Assembly: GCA_014802265.1 (NCBI GenBank)
Contig: JAAVCP010000064.1
Location: forward strand, 1,265-65,264
Source of the DNA: Bacteroides sp.
GTDB lineage: Bacteria > Bacteroidota > Bacteroidia > Bacteroidales > Muribaculaceae
DNA length: 64,000 nucleotides
Reading direction: 5' to 3'
Shown: one piece after another, positions 8,296 through 17,025 of the stretch
Layout: the number at the start of each line of letters is the position of its first letter
Position numbering within the stretch: position 1 is the first letter of the stretch
The notes under the pieces: model-generated
Databases searched by the model: none
What the model was told of the DNA's origin: nothing
The model's input: only the letters and a program-made list of their open reading frames with translations
Translations under genes and position numbers: made by a program

Positions 8296-8990
8296 TTTGT
8301 TTCACCCAACCGATTTTTGAGAGCTTTCATGAAGCGGTCATATTCGGTTGGGGTGACATCAACCTTAGGCCATACATTCTTTTTCTTCGGATAGTGTTGC
8401 TTATATTCATTTCTGATATATTCATGCGTGACTATATTATTAAGAGGAATCTTATATTTCTCTATTATCGGCAGAAGATAATCTATGGCACTTTCAATTT
8501 GCTCGTCAGTAAGAGGCGTTTCAAGAGTATTACCCTGAAACTCAATACCGACAGTAAAGTCGTTGGCTCCGTCTTTGCCATTAAGTCTTGACTTTCCGGC
8601 ATGCCATGTTATTGTGTCAGGCGGCGCAAGGACATAACGGGTGCCGTCATAATCTATGAGTACATGGCAACTGACCCCACCACGTGGTGAAGTGAGAACC
8701 TTGAAGGCATCTTCAGTGGTGGCACACGCCGTGTGGTGAAGCACTACCCCATTAACCATATTCTTTCCCTTCCCTTTATTCGGAGTGTCGAATTCACGTA
8801 CTATGAAATCACCGTCGACAGTTTCAGACTTCCACTCCACGCTGTCATACCAATGAGTAATCGGCGGTATGTCCACAACCACCTGAGGTGCTTTGTGACC
8901 TATCATAACACCGAGAATGGCAATTCCTACCACTCCGAGAGTAAGAGCCACAATCAAATATAATTGCCTATTATTAAGTCTATTTTTCAT
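8292..8990 (-). CDS. Membrane-anchored N-acetylmuramoyl-L-alanine amidase (Amidase_2 / AmpD-like)
   Basis: VVLHHT, VSCHVLI, TWHAGKS, VGIEF and IVTHE motifs; N-terminal TM helix; likely ATG at 8990. Confidence 0.9.
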   Translation of the reverse strand: MKNRLNNRQLYLIVALTLGVVGIAILGVMIGHKAPQVVVDIPPITHWYDSVEWKSETVDGDFIVREFDTPNKGKGKNMVNGVVLHHTACATTEDAFKVLTSPRGGVSCHVLIDYDGTRYVLAPPDTITWHAGKSRLNGKDGANDFTVGIEFQGNTLETPLTDEQIESAIDYLLPIIEKYKIPLNNIVTHEYIRNEYKQHYPKKKNVWPKVDVTPTEYDRFMKALKNRLGETN

Positions 8991-9215
8991 AATTCCACAG
9001 AGTTTATAATATAGAATAAACAAAATTGCAGACTAAAAATAAGGTAAAAAACATAAAAAATATTTTTTTAATGTCTTTTTACTTTTCACTCTCCCGACAG
9101 CATATTAGGATATACAATTTCCTAATTAAGGAGAATTGGCATTTCATATTGGAAACTTTCATATTTAAAAAGAATACTTTTTGATAAAATCCTTTTACAT
9201 TTATAAAATAATTAC

Positions 9216-9223
9216 TAATTTTG
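9216..9223 (+). promoter_or_regulatory. Sigma-70 -7 element (TAATTTTG) upstream of the LRR-caspase operon leader
   Basis: TAnnTTTG consensus about 375 nt upstream of ATG 9599. Confidence 0.6.
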
Positions 9224-9228
9224 CACCT

Positions 9229-9550
9229 ACAGACCGTTTTAGCAGAAGTCCGGTCAGGGCAATGTGGGCGGGATCTGTGAGACATATAATAAAAGCGTAT
9301 ATCAGACGCTTATTCTTGACGTCTTGGAATCTGGCAGTTTCAAATCACAGTCGAGAATGAGACAACGATAGATGCTCAGGGGTATGTTATATCTCCATGT
9401 GACGGTCTGTGCATTTTGCACAGACTGTGATGGTGTATCTATCATACTGCGTGAGGCTTCTGCCGTTGCTCGTTCAACTGTGATGGGTATGCCAGAACCT
9501 CAAGACGTGGAACGAGCAACAGATACAGACTCTTCACGCTTCTTTTTTTA
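9229..9550 (+). ncRNA. Candidate long structured 5' leader A with an alternative terminator-like helix
   Basis: Hairpin of about 190 nt: 9319-9336 pairs with 9490-9508, and the apical stem is 9402-9413/9417-9428. Alternative 11-bp helix 9465-9475/9510-9520, closed by gcgtga/tcacgc and followed by a U-tract. Confidence 0.65.
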
Positions 9551-9598
9551 TTAGCCGGCACCCTAAAGGAGGAGTCATAGGGACCAGTTTGAATAATT

Positions 9599-11086
9599 AT
9601 GAGACGATTGACAGTATCAATCACATTGCTTATCTGCTTTTTCGCAGCAATGTTTGCCTCTAACGGCAGCGCAGGAAAAGGTATTAAGTGGGAATTAAAA
9701 AATGGCGTGTTAACAATCAGTGGCAATGGTGCCATGAAAGACTTCAGCACAGACCGTCCCTGGATTCCAGGGGAAGTTGAAAAGCTTGTAGTGGAAGAAG
9801 GGATCACCCACATCGGAACAAATCTATGCCGTAACAGTAAAAATCTTATATCAGTTTCCCTCCCCTCTTCTATAAAGACTATTGGGCATGATGCCTTTAA
9901 TTCATGTAAAAGTCTTTCCGACATTCACATTCCCTATGGAGTGGAGGAAATTGGAGACCGTGCCTTCTACAATTGCACTGCCTTCATCGAACTTGACCTA
10001 CCCATCAGCATGAAGCATATAGGAACAGAGGCATTCGCAAAATGCAAGAATATCACCACTGTCCGCCTCACTCAAGGAATTGAAACATTAGGCGACAAAG
10101 CTTTCGACGGATGTTTAATCCTTGCCAATCTCTCCGGTTTACCGGACTATGTTGACACGGATACCTTTGTAAAATACGGACTCAACCGGGCTGCCGTGAA
10201 AAACTATTGGGACCGCAAAGAGGAAATGGCAGCCCGCTTTGGCAATTCATCAGGTGCCCTTGGTAACAAGAATCAAGATAGCTCAAAGCAGCCCGACCCT
10301 TCAGATGTTGATACGGATATTCCATTCACAGGCATTGATAATTCCAATACATTTGCCCTGATAATAGCTAATGAAAACTATGGAAAACTTGCCAATGTGC
10401 CTTATGCTATCAATGACGGCAACTCATTCTCACTTTATTGCCGTCGCACTTTGGGTATCCCAGCCAAGAATATTCTGATGTATAAGGATGCCTCTTACGG
10501 TTCTATGCGTGAGGCATTCAGCGACTTGCGTATGATCAACGAAGTTGCAGGAGAGAATATGAAAGTGATTTTCTATTATGCCGGTCATGGAGCTCCCGAC
10601 GATGCAACCCTTGACCCATATCTGATTCCTGTAGATGCCGGACGTGTAAATAAAGATGTGTGTGTCCCGTTAGCCTCAATATATCAAGAGCTTGGCTCAA
10701 TGAACTTGAAATCTGCAGTGGTTTTCCTTGATGCTTGCTTTAGTGGGGGCACCCGCGAAGACAAGATGGTCATGGCTGATGCGCGTGCCATTACCCGTGT
10801 GCCAAAGAAACAAGGTCTCACAGGAAAAGTGGCTGTGCTCTCTGCTACAAGTGATGCCCAGACCGCCCTACCCTACCATGAGAAAGGTCACGGCATGTTT
10901 ACCTACTATCTTTTGAAACGCCTGCAGGAGACCAAAGGGAACGTCACGCTTGCCGACTTAAAAGATTATGTGACTAAGGAGGTTTCGCTCAACTCAACTA
11001 TCATCAACCGCAAAGATCAGACACCTACCTTCACAGTGTCGAGCGGAGCCTCCTCCCTTTGGGATTCTTGGAAACTCACAGATTAA
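9599..11086 (+). CDS. Exported BspA-type leucine-rich-repeat protein fused to a caspase-like (peptidase C14) domain
   Basis: Signal peptide; LTISGNGAM..PW cap and LPSSIKTIGHDAF / IPYGVEEIGDRAF LRR_5 repeats; ALIIANENY, YYAGHG (catalytic His) and FLDACFSG (catalytic Cys). Confidence 0.9.
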   Translation: MRRLTVSITLLICFFAAMFASNGSAGKGIKWELKNGVLTISGNGAMKDFSTDRPWIPGEVEKLVVEEGITHIGTNLCRNSKNLISVSLPSSIKTIGHDAFNSCKSLSDIHIPYGVEEIGDRAFYNCTAFIELDLPISMKHIGTEAFAKCKNITTVRLTQGIETLGDKAFDGCLILANLSGLPDYVDTDTFVKYGLNRAAVKNYWDRKEEMAARFGNSSGALGNKNQDSSKQPDPSDVDTDIPFTGIDNSNTFALIIANENYGKLANVPYAINDGNSFSLYCRRTLGIPAKNILMYKDASYGSMREAFSDLRMINEVAGENMKVIFYYAGHGAPDDATLDPYLIPVDAGRVNKDVCVPLASIYQELGSMNLKSAVVFLDACFSGGTREDKMVMADARAITRVPKKQGLTGKVAVLSATSDAQTALPYHEKGHGMFTYYLLKRLQETKGNVTLADLKDYVTKEVSLNSTIINRKDQTPTFTVSSGASSLWDSWKLTD

Positions 11087-11111
11087 ATAACAATTCAAAC
11101 CTAATATAAAT

Positions 11112-11759
11112 ATGAAGAAATTTTTGATTTTTATCTTATTGTGGGTCACTGCAATAGGGAGCGGCATGGCACAGAATGCCAACCGAAGCGGCTTCTTTCT
11201 TGAGGCAGGAATCGGCGGACTTGTCGGAGACAATGTACGTACCAGCATTTCCACTACTGATAATGTGATGAGTTATAAATGTCTCTCCGGAATGGCGGGT
11301 GATTTCGGACTCGGCTACCGTCTGCGTTTCAAGCGTCACTGGGCGTATGAGGTAAAAGCTGAGGGTACAATACCTTTCCAAGATCCTATCCACGCCCTAA
11401 TAGGACGCTTTCTCCCGATCGGATTCCGCTATACTTCCGGCGAACTATGGAGAAACTACAGTCTATACACACATTTTAATCTTGGAGGAGCTATCTCCGT
11501 AAACGGTGGTAAAATTGGTCATGATAATCTGTCAAATGAAACTCTTTATCCAAATATGAGTGACAATAAGATCAAAGGTTATAGATATAAAGAGGGATAT
11601 GGAGCGGCATATTCTTTAGGTGTCGGAATCAACATTACTACTCACTTCTACGCAGAGGCATGCTGGGACGGACAAGTCTTGTTTGATTGCTATGGTAAAA
11701 ACGGAAGAGGAACTCTGAACGGTGGTATGGTAGCATTCGTGATTGGATATAGATTCTGA
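11112..11759 (+). CDS. Small outer-membrane beta-barrel protein
   Basis: Signal peptide, amphipathic strands, C-terminal GYRF BAM-type signal. Confidence 0.75.
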   Translation: MKKFLIFILLWVTAIGSGMAQNANRSGFFLEAGIGGLVGDNVRTSISTTDNVMSYKCLSGMAGDFGLGYRLRFKRHWAYEVKAEGTIPFQDPIHALIGRFLPIGFRYTSGELWRNYSLYTHFNLGGAISVNGGKIGHDNLSNETLYPNMSDNKIKGYRYKEGYGAAYSLGVGINITTHFYAEACWDGQVLFDCYGKNGRGTLNGGMVAFVIGYRF

Positions 11760-11867
11760 GCATGGATAACTAAGTAACTTATCAAATTAAAATGATAGTA
11801 TTTTAATTTTTGGATAGCTGCAAGGCTACTTAAGGCATAATTTATAATTAACTTAAAATTCAAAATA

Positions 11868-13754
11868 ATGAAATTAAAAACGTATATATTTGCAATTATG
11901 CTTCTGCTCCTTGCCTCGTGTGCCGAGGAGGGTCCCTTTACAATGGGTAAATTGGAATACAATGTGGAAGCATCCATGATCACACCTACAACAGCCGTGG
12001 TTACTGTAACTATTCCCCAAGGAACAAATAATTTGTTTAAGATACAAGACAACGGATATTATTACGGATACCATAATATTTATTTGGTTGACAGAGAATA
12101 TAAATACCCTCAACAAGTTGAATATTACAATAGCCATTTAATTAGTGGACAAGAATTTGAATCTGACACGGAATCTACACGCTTATGTCTTTTCTCTGAA
12201 TTGACTCCAAATACCACCTATTATGTAATAATCGAACCTTCTTTAGATCTCAACGATAATAGTAGTAGGGAATACTATTGGAAAAATACAAAGTATGTAT
12301 ATACCGGGTATTCTTTCACTACTGCTGAGTCCGGTGATTATTCCAGTGTGGGTAAAGCGTCATGTGAACTTGTAGAGGCTCTACAAGGAGTAACACAAGT
12401 CAGATTTAATTTACATGAGAATATTTATTTTATAAACTATGCGGATTACACAGTATCTGCAAGCACTTCTTCTGATATGAGTAATCCCATAACGGCTACA
12501 TACCATAGTTATTCTGATAATGATTTATTTTCAACATTTACATGCAACTTCCCCGATTTACAAAAAACTAAATATTATTTCCAAATATCAGGTGAGTTCT
12601 TTTTAAAATATCTGGATTTTGATAATTATTCGGATTATTATAATGAAAGGATTGATCTGACTCTAAAAATTGAAGAACCAATAGATCTATCGGAAGTAGT
12701 ATACCAACAAGCTATCGCTGAAACATATTTTATAGGACGTGATTTTAATATCTTCCGATTTAATCTACCAAAGGATATAAACTATAGTAGTCAATGGTCG
12801 GTTAAATGGGGCTTATCTCAGGATAACATAGATTCTGAAATAATAAAAGATTATTTCAGTTCATCTGAATCACTCTGTTATACATATATTCCTCTATCAT
12901 TTAATGAAGGAGAGAAAATCTACTTTCAACTAAGTGGAGAATATAGTTTTAATGGAAACTATAATAGTATTTTGTTTGACTCTGAAATTAATTATAATCC
13001 ACATAAAAGGATTATTCCTGATCCTGAGTTTATTACAATTTTTAATGGCAATGATTATTGTATAGGAAAGATTTCTATACCCACGCAGGAAATACTCAAC
13101 AACAACTCTCTATCAACTTATTATATAGGTGATGAGGAAAATTTCTCTGACTCAGATACCATGTCTTTCCAAGACAACTTTAGTGATAACTGTTATCTTT
13201 ATTTTATAAATCCAGATCCCTCTATTCCTCATTATCTATGTGTAAAAAGTAATTTCTATTTTCCTTTAAGCTATCATAACTTTAGCTTCGATGGTGTAAT
13301 AGATATTGCCAATCGAATTGATCCGGCTCCTAAAGATGTATATCTTTACAACGTGGATTTGGAAGAGCAAGAAGATGGCAGCGTGAAGGTTTCCTTAAAC
13401 TGTAATGAAATGTTCTCATTTACAAATTTAGATTATCATACAAAATTGACAGTGTCACAAGACTACTCAGGATCCGACTATGATAAATTTTCCGTCTACG
13501 ATTTCTCATCTACTTCTAATACCATTGAATTTATTATTGATGCTTCTAAAATGTCAACTCTACAGCAAGGGATTGAATATAAGTTATCATTCAAAAATTT
13601 TAGTCTACAATATGAAGATAAAACACTTGGTTCTTGGGATAGTTATTGGCTATGGACTCCCTACCCTTCTGAATCCGGAGAAATGAAAACTCCGAAACTG
13701 ATTCGAGCTAATGATTCAACGGGAGCAGGTTCCTCTAATGTAGTTACCAGATGA
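11868..13754 (+). CDS. Large AT-rich surface lipoprotein with FN3/Ig-like repeats
   Basis: Lipobox LLASC; ELTPNTTYYV and DLQKTKYYF FN3-like motifs; Tyr/Asn/Ser-rich; visibly more AT-rich than its neighbours. Confidence 0.7.
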   Translation: MKLKTYIFAIMLLLLASCAEEGPFTMGKLEYNVEASMITPTTAVVTVTIPQGTNNLFKIQDNGYYYGYHNIYLVDREYKYPQQVEYYNSHLISGQEFESDTESTRLCLFSELTPNTTYYVIIEPSLDLNDNSSREYYWKNTKYVYTGYSFTTAESGDYSSVGKASCELVEALQGVTQVRFNLHENIYFINYADYTVSASTSSDMSNPITATYHSYSDNDLFSTFTCNFPDLQKTKYYFQISGEFFLKYLDFDNYSDYYNERIDLTLKIEEPIDLSEVVYQQAIAETYFIGRDFNIFRFNLPKDINYSSQWSVKWGLSQDNIDSEIIKDYFSSSESLCYTYIPLSFNEGEKIYFQLSGEYSFNGNYNSILFDSEINYNPHKRIIPDPEFITIFNGNDYCIGKISIPTQEILNNNSLSTYYIGDEENFSDSDTMSFQDNFSDNCYLYFINPDPSIPHYLCVKSNFYFPLSYHNFSFDGVIDIANRIDPAPKDVYLYNVDLEEQEDGSVKVSLNCNEMFSFTNLDYHTKLTVSQDYSGSDYDKFSVYDFSSTSNTIEFIIDASKMSTLQQGIEYKLSFKNFSLQYEDKTLGSWDSYWLWTPYPSESGEMKTPKLIRANDSTGAGSSNVVTR

Positions 13755-14620
13755 TGACACTACTAAAAGGTATTTGTGCAAGTCTGTTGACTCTAACCAC
13801 ATTGACTACCTTCGCTGAAAAAGCGAAAGTAGTCAGTGGGTCATACACCTATTACATACCATATAATGTGGCAAGAGACAAGGCAGAGCAGATAGCTTTG
13901 GAAAGAGCCATGATTGAGGCTATTGCTTCCGAATTCGGCACGGTGCTTACTCAGCATAGCCGCATGGATATGCGCTCCTCTAAAAGCGGGGAGAATGTTG
14001 ATTTCTGGTTGTCAGCTTCCTCATTAGTCAAAGGTGAATGGATTTCAACGATTGGGGAACCGGTTTTTGAGGCTTTCATTGAAGACGGAGGATTTGTAGT
14101 GAGATGCAAAGTAAAAGGATATGCAAGAGAGATAAAAGGACCCTCTGCCGATCTTGATGTAAGAATACTACGTAATGGCACTACTGATGCTTACGAATCA
14201 TCTACTTTCAAATCTGGTGATAACTGCTACTTGGCATTTACAACCCCGGTGAAAGGTGCGATAGCCGTGTATCTGGAAGATGAAGAGAAAACAATGTCAT
14301 GTATGCTTCCTTATTATGCTCAGTCACAAACTTGCACCACTGTGACACCGGGAGAAAGACACCTTTTCTTCACCACCAACGATGGCGATCAAGAGATGTA
14401 TCAACTTTCTACTGACAAAGAAATTGAACGCAACATGATTTATGTAGTATTCTCCCAGAACGAGTTTATCAAACCCATTGACAAATCAAACGGGAAAGAA
14501 TTATCTCTGAAAACCTTAAAATCAGAAGACTTTCAAAATTGGCTGAAAAAATCCAGAGCTCTTGATAATACCTTCCAAGTCATCACAATACCAATCACTA
14601 TTTCCTCATCGATTGAATAA
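13751..14620 (+). CDS. Exported DUF4384-domain protein
   Basis: Signal peptide; ALERAMIEAIA.EFG, VKGEW, FKSGD.CYL.F.TP..G.IAVYL and IYVVFS motifs; ATGA overlap with the upstream gene. Confidence 0.75.
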   Translation: MMTLLKGICASLLTLTTLTTFAEKAKVVSGSYTYYIPYNVARDKAEQIALERAMIEAIASEFGTVLTQHSRMDMRSSKSGENVDFWLSASSLVKGEWISTIGEPVFEAFIEDGGFVVRCKVKGYAREIKGPSADLDVRILRNGTTDAYESSTFKSGDNCYLAFTTPVKGAIAVYLEDEEKTMSCMLPYYAQSQTCTTVTPGERHLFFTTNDGDQEMYQLSTDKEIERNMIYVVFSQNEFIKPIDKSNGKELSLKTLKSEDFQNWLKKSRALDNTFQVITIPITISSSIE

Positions 14621-14626
14621 TCTAAT

Positions 14627-14672
14627 GAGGGTGTGTTATAATGTCCATTATGCTTTATTATAACACACCCTC
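14627..14672. terminator. Perfect 16-bp inverted repeat (REP-like palindrome / terminator) after the caspase operon
   Basis: gagggtgtgttataat ... attataacacaccctc. Confidence 0.75.
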
Positions 14673-14985
14673 TACTATATGACGATAGTTAAATTTTCAC
14701 TGATTTCCTAACTGATTTCCCATAAGAAACAGTGTCCAAAAATTTTCATTCCGCTATCAGACTCCCGGACTTTATCGATGGCAAGCCCCCTATTTCTGTT
14801 TAAATCCACCCCCTTTTACCTTTAATAATTATAGAGGGGACAATAATAAATACTCTTTCTGTCACAAAAGTATACCCTATACAATAACATCATTTTTGAG
14901 AGAGCAATAGAATCCCTAAATAAAAGAGCCGTGGTCTTTATTTATCATTTTTGTTTCAGGATTTGATCATCTCAAAAGAATGTTG

Positions 14986-15085
14986 TACCTTTGTAAATCA
15001 GATAAGGCGACTATAGGTTTCGACCAAGTCAAAGATAACCGAACCCGTTAGCATCCCGTAGAACTGCCGGCGGGTTACTTTTTTA
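14986..15085 (+). ncRNA. Promoter (TACCTTTG) plus short structured leader with terminator; candidate abiF-type leader RNA
   Basis: ggt-TTCG-acc hairpin inside a gact/agtc helix (15009-15030); aacccgttagca/tgccggcgggtt hairpin (15042-15076) followed by a T-tract; directly precedes the Abi-like remnant. Confidence 0.45.
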
Positions 15086-15087
15086 TT

Positions 15088-15210
15088 ATGAATCAAAAAC
15101 TGCGATCAATAGATGCACCCATAAGACACTTCCAAAACAAAGGTATGTTGTTCCAGGATATGGTACAGTAAAGTCTTTGTTTTCCCGAGTAAGTTATTCA
15201 AGACTGAACA
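15088..15210 (+). pseudogene. Degenerate N-terminus of an Abi_2 (AbiF/AbiD-like) abortive-infection protein
   Basis: Reads MNQKLRSIDAPIRHFQNKGMLFQD, then after a frameshift LFSRVSYSRLN. This matches the recalled Abi_2 pattern '(T/S)I.EQI..L..RGM.F.D...A...L..ISYYRL'. Confidence 0.5.
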
Positions 15211-15212
15211 CC

Positions 15213-16877
15213 ATGAGAAATATCATATTCATATTATTGTCACTTGTGGCTGTGAGCTTAATTTCATGTTCACGCTCCGAACCAAATCAAACCAATGCTT
15301 TGAATGGAGTGGAATCCTTGATGGGGACTAATTTAGACAGTGCCATAACTATCTTGGACACAATGGATCCTTCTGAGCTTAAGGCTGATTCTATCCGTGC
15401 TAAATACCATTATCTTAAAGCATGGGGGCATATGCGTCAAAACCGTTCAATGATTGGCGACTCTCTCATCGCATTAGCTCATAATTATTATAAAGGAACT
15501 GATTTAATACATGATATAAGAAGTGGAACGGCTTTTGCATGGTATAAGTTTTGGATTGGTGACATGGCTGGTGCTATCTCTATGCTTGACTCTATTTCCA
15601 GGCTACCGAATATTCCGGATTCTCTAATGGTCCACCCATTGCGGATTTATGCATTATTGGGGGCATCGGAGTATCAAGGTGAGCAGCTTATACCGATTGC
15701 TAAACGACTAATAAACCTTGAAACAGACGTTAAGAAAAAATTAGAGGCAAAATGTATTTTGGTGAACACCTATGAGAATGCTGAAAAAATGGATTCGGCT
15801 CTCATGCTTACAGATGAAATCATCGAGTATGCACGTAATAATAAATTGGGTGAGATACATTTTCAGATACTGCTTGAGCGAGCCCAGATATTGACTGAGT
15901 TGGGGCGTTACAAAGAAAGTGAAGAGGATGTTGATTACATATTTCAACATGGAGGTCCCGAGAACGGAGCGGCTGATTATCTGCACATGATTTATGCTAT
16001 GAATGCGTTGAACACTGGTAATATAGCCCGTGCTTCAAAAGAGATCGCGCTTGCTGATAGTTTTGCCATCCGTTTAAGACCTGATGACGAGACATATTAC
16101 CGTAGTTACAGCAATCTTATTCATACTATGATTGATTTTAAACAAACCGGTAAGATGAGGCTCAAGCATGTAAGCGGTCTCAACAACCGTCAGCGTGAAC
16201 GCTACCATCGTATGGAGGCATCGCAGTGGGAGTCAGAGCGAGGTGCATTGGAGCAGCAGAGCCGAGCTTTAGCTTTAAAAGCCGAAAGTCAGCAAAAGAC
16301 GGTTATTATTCTTGTTATCACACTCATTAGTGTGATTCTGCTTGTCGGAGCCGGTCTGATTATACGTCAGCGAAGACTGCGTGAGCTTGAAAATGAGGAA
16401 CGTGTTGAAGCCTTACAGAAAATGGTAGATGAACTGAAATCCATGCCCTCCACGCCACAAACCAATGAGAAAATGCCATCGGCATTACGCCGCGCCATGC
16501 TTCAGCAACTCGGTATTATAAAGATGGTGGCAGAGACCCCTACGGAGCAGAATCGCGAGATGCTCCGTAAAATATCTTCCATTGACTCTGACACTAATGG
16601 CGAACTTGTAAACTGGGAAAATATTTTTGAACTTATCAACCACCTCTATTCCGGATTCTATAACAAACTCCATTCGCGATACGGAGAAACGCTCTCCCCT
16701 AAAGAAGAACAGATAATCGTGCTTATGATGGCAGGTTTCTCAACGAAAGAAATAAGCGTAATTACTGCCCAAACCACCTCAACAATTTATGTTCGCAAAT
16801 CTTCAATCCGGAAGAAGCTCGGAGTGCCCGAAAAGGAAGATATTATGATATTTCTCAGTGAGAAGCTAAGCCATTAA
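15213..16877 (+). CDS. Membrane-spanning TPR-like sensor with C-terminal LuxR-type HTH regulator
   Basis: Lipobox-like LISC, helical repeat region, TM helix (VIILVITLISVILLVGAGLII), coiled coil, and LSPKEEQI..LMMAGFSTKEIS....STIYVRKSSIRKKL LuxR HTH; ATG at 15213. Confidence 0.85.
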   Translation: MRNIIFILLSLVAVSLISCSRSEPNQTNALNGVESLMGTNLDSAITILDTMDPSELKADSIRAKYHYLKAWGHMRQNRSMIGDSLIALAHNYYKGTDLIHDIRSGTAFAWYKFWIGDMAGAISMLDSISRLPNIPDSLMVHPLRIYALLGASEYQGEQLIPIAKRLINLETDVKKKLEAKCILVNTYENAEKMDSALMLTDEIIEYARNNKLGEIHFQILLERAQILTELGRYKESEEDVDYIFQHGGPENGAADYLHMIYAMNALNTGNIARASKEIALADSFAIRLRPDDETYYRSYSNLIHTMIDFKQTGKMRLKHVSGLNNRQRERYHRMEASQWESERGALEQQSRALALKAESQQKTVIILVITLISVILLVGAGLIIRQRRLRELENEERVEALQKMVDELKSMPSTPQTNEKMPSALRRAMLQQLGIIKMVAETPTEQNREMLRKISSIDSDTNGELVNWENIFELINHLYSGFYNKLHSRYGETLSPKEEQIIVLMMAGFSTKEISVITAQTTSTIYVRKSSIRKKLGVPEKEDIMIFLSEKLSH

Positions 16878-16884
16878 GGGGGTA

Positions 16885-17006
16885 TTAAGACTCCGAGTAG
16901 GCTTATTAAGACTTTTAAGAAATGCAACTGCTGATTTTCAGAGAGTTGCATTTCTTGTGTTAAGACTTTTATATTTGGTGTTAAGACTCGTTTAGACGTA
17001 ATTTTG
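16885..17006 (+). promoter_or_regulatory. Four TTAAGACT direct repeats (two pairs, 21-bp period) around a central inverted repeat, followed by a TAATTTTG promoter element
   Basis: TTAAGACT at 16885, 16906, 16960 and 16981; aagaaatgcaact/agttgcatttctt inverted repeat 16917-16956; -7 element at 16999-17006. Confidence 0.75.
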
Positions 17007-17025
17007 CATCAGAAAAATTAAAAAT

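Noticed and set aside
9372-9554. 60-aa ORF inside leader A as a leader peptide
   Set aside because: No equivalent ORF was noticed in leaders B or C, and the sequence is explained by base-pairing; cannot be fully excluded without ribosome profiling.
14690-14940. Possible gene remnant or regulatory repeat (actgatttcc twice)
   Set aside because: Only a 10-bp duplication and short translations with no recognisable motif.
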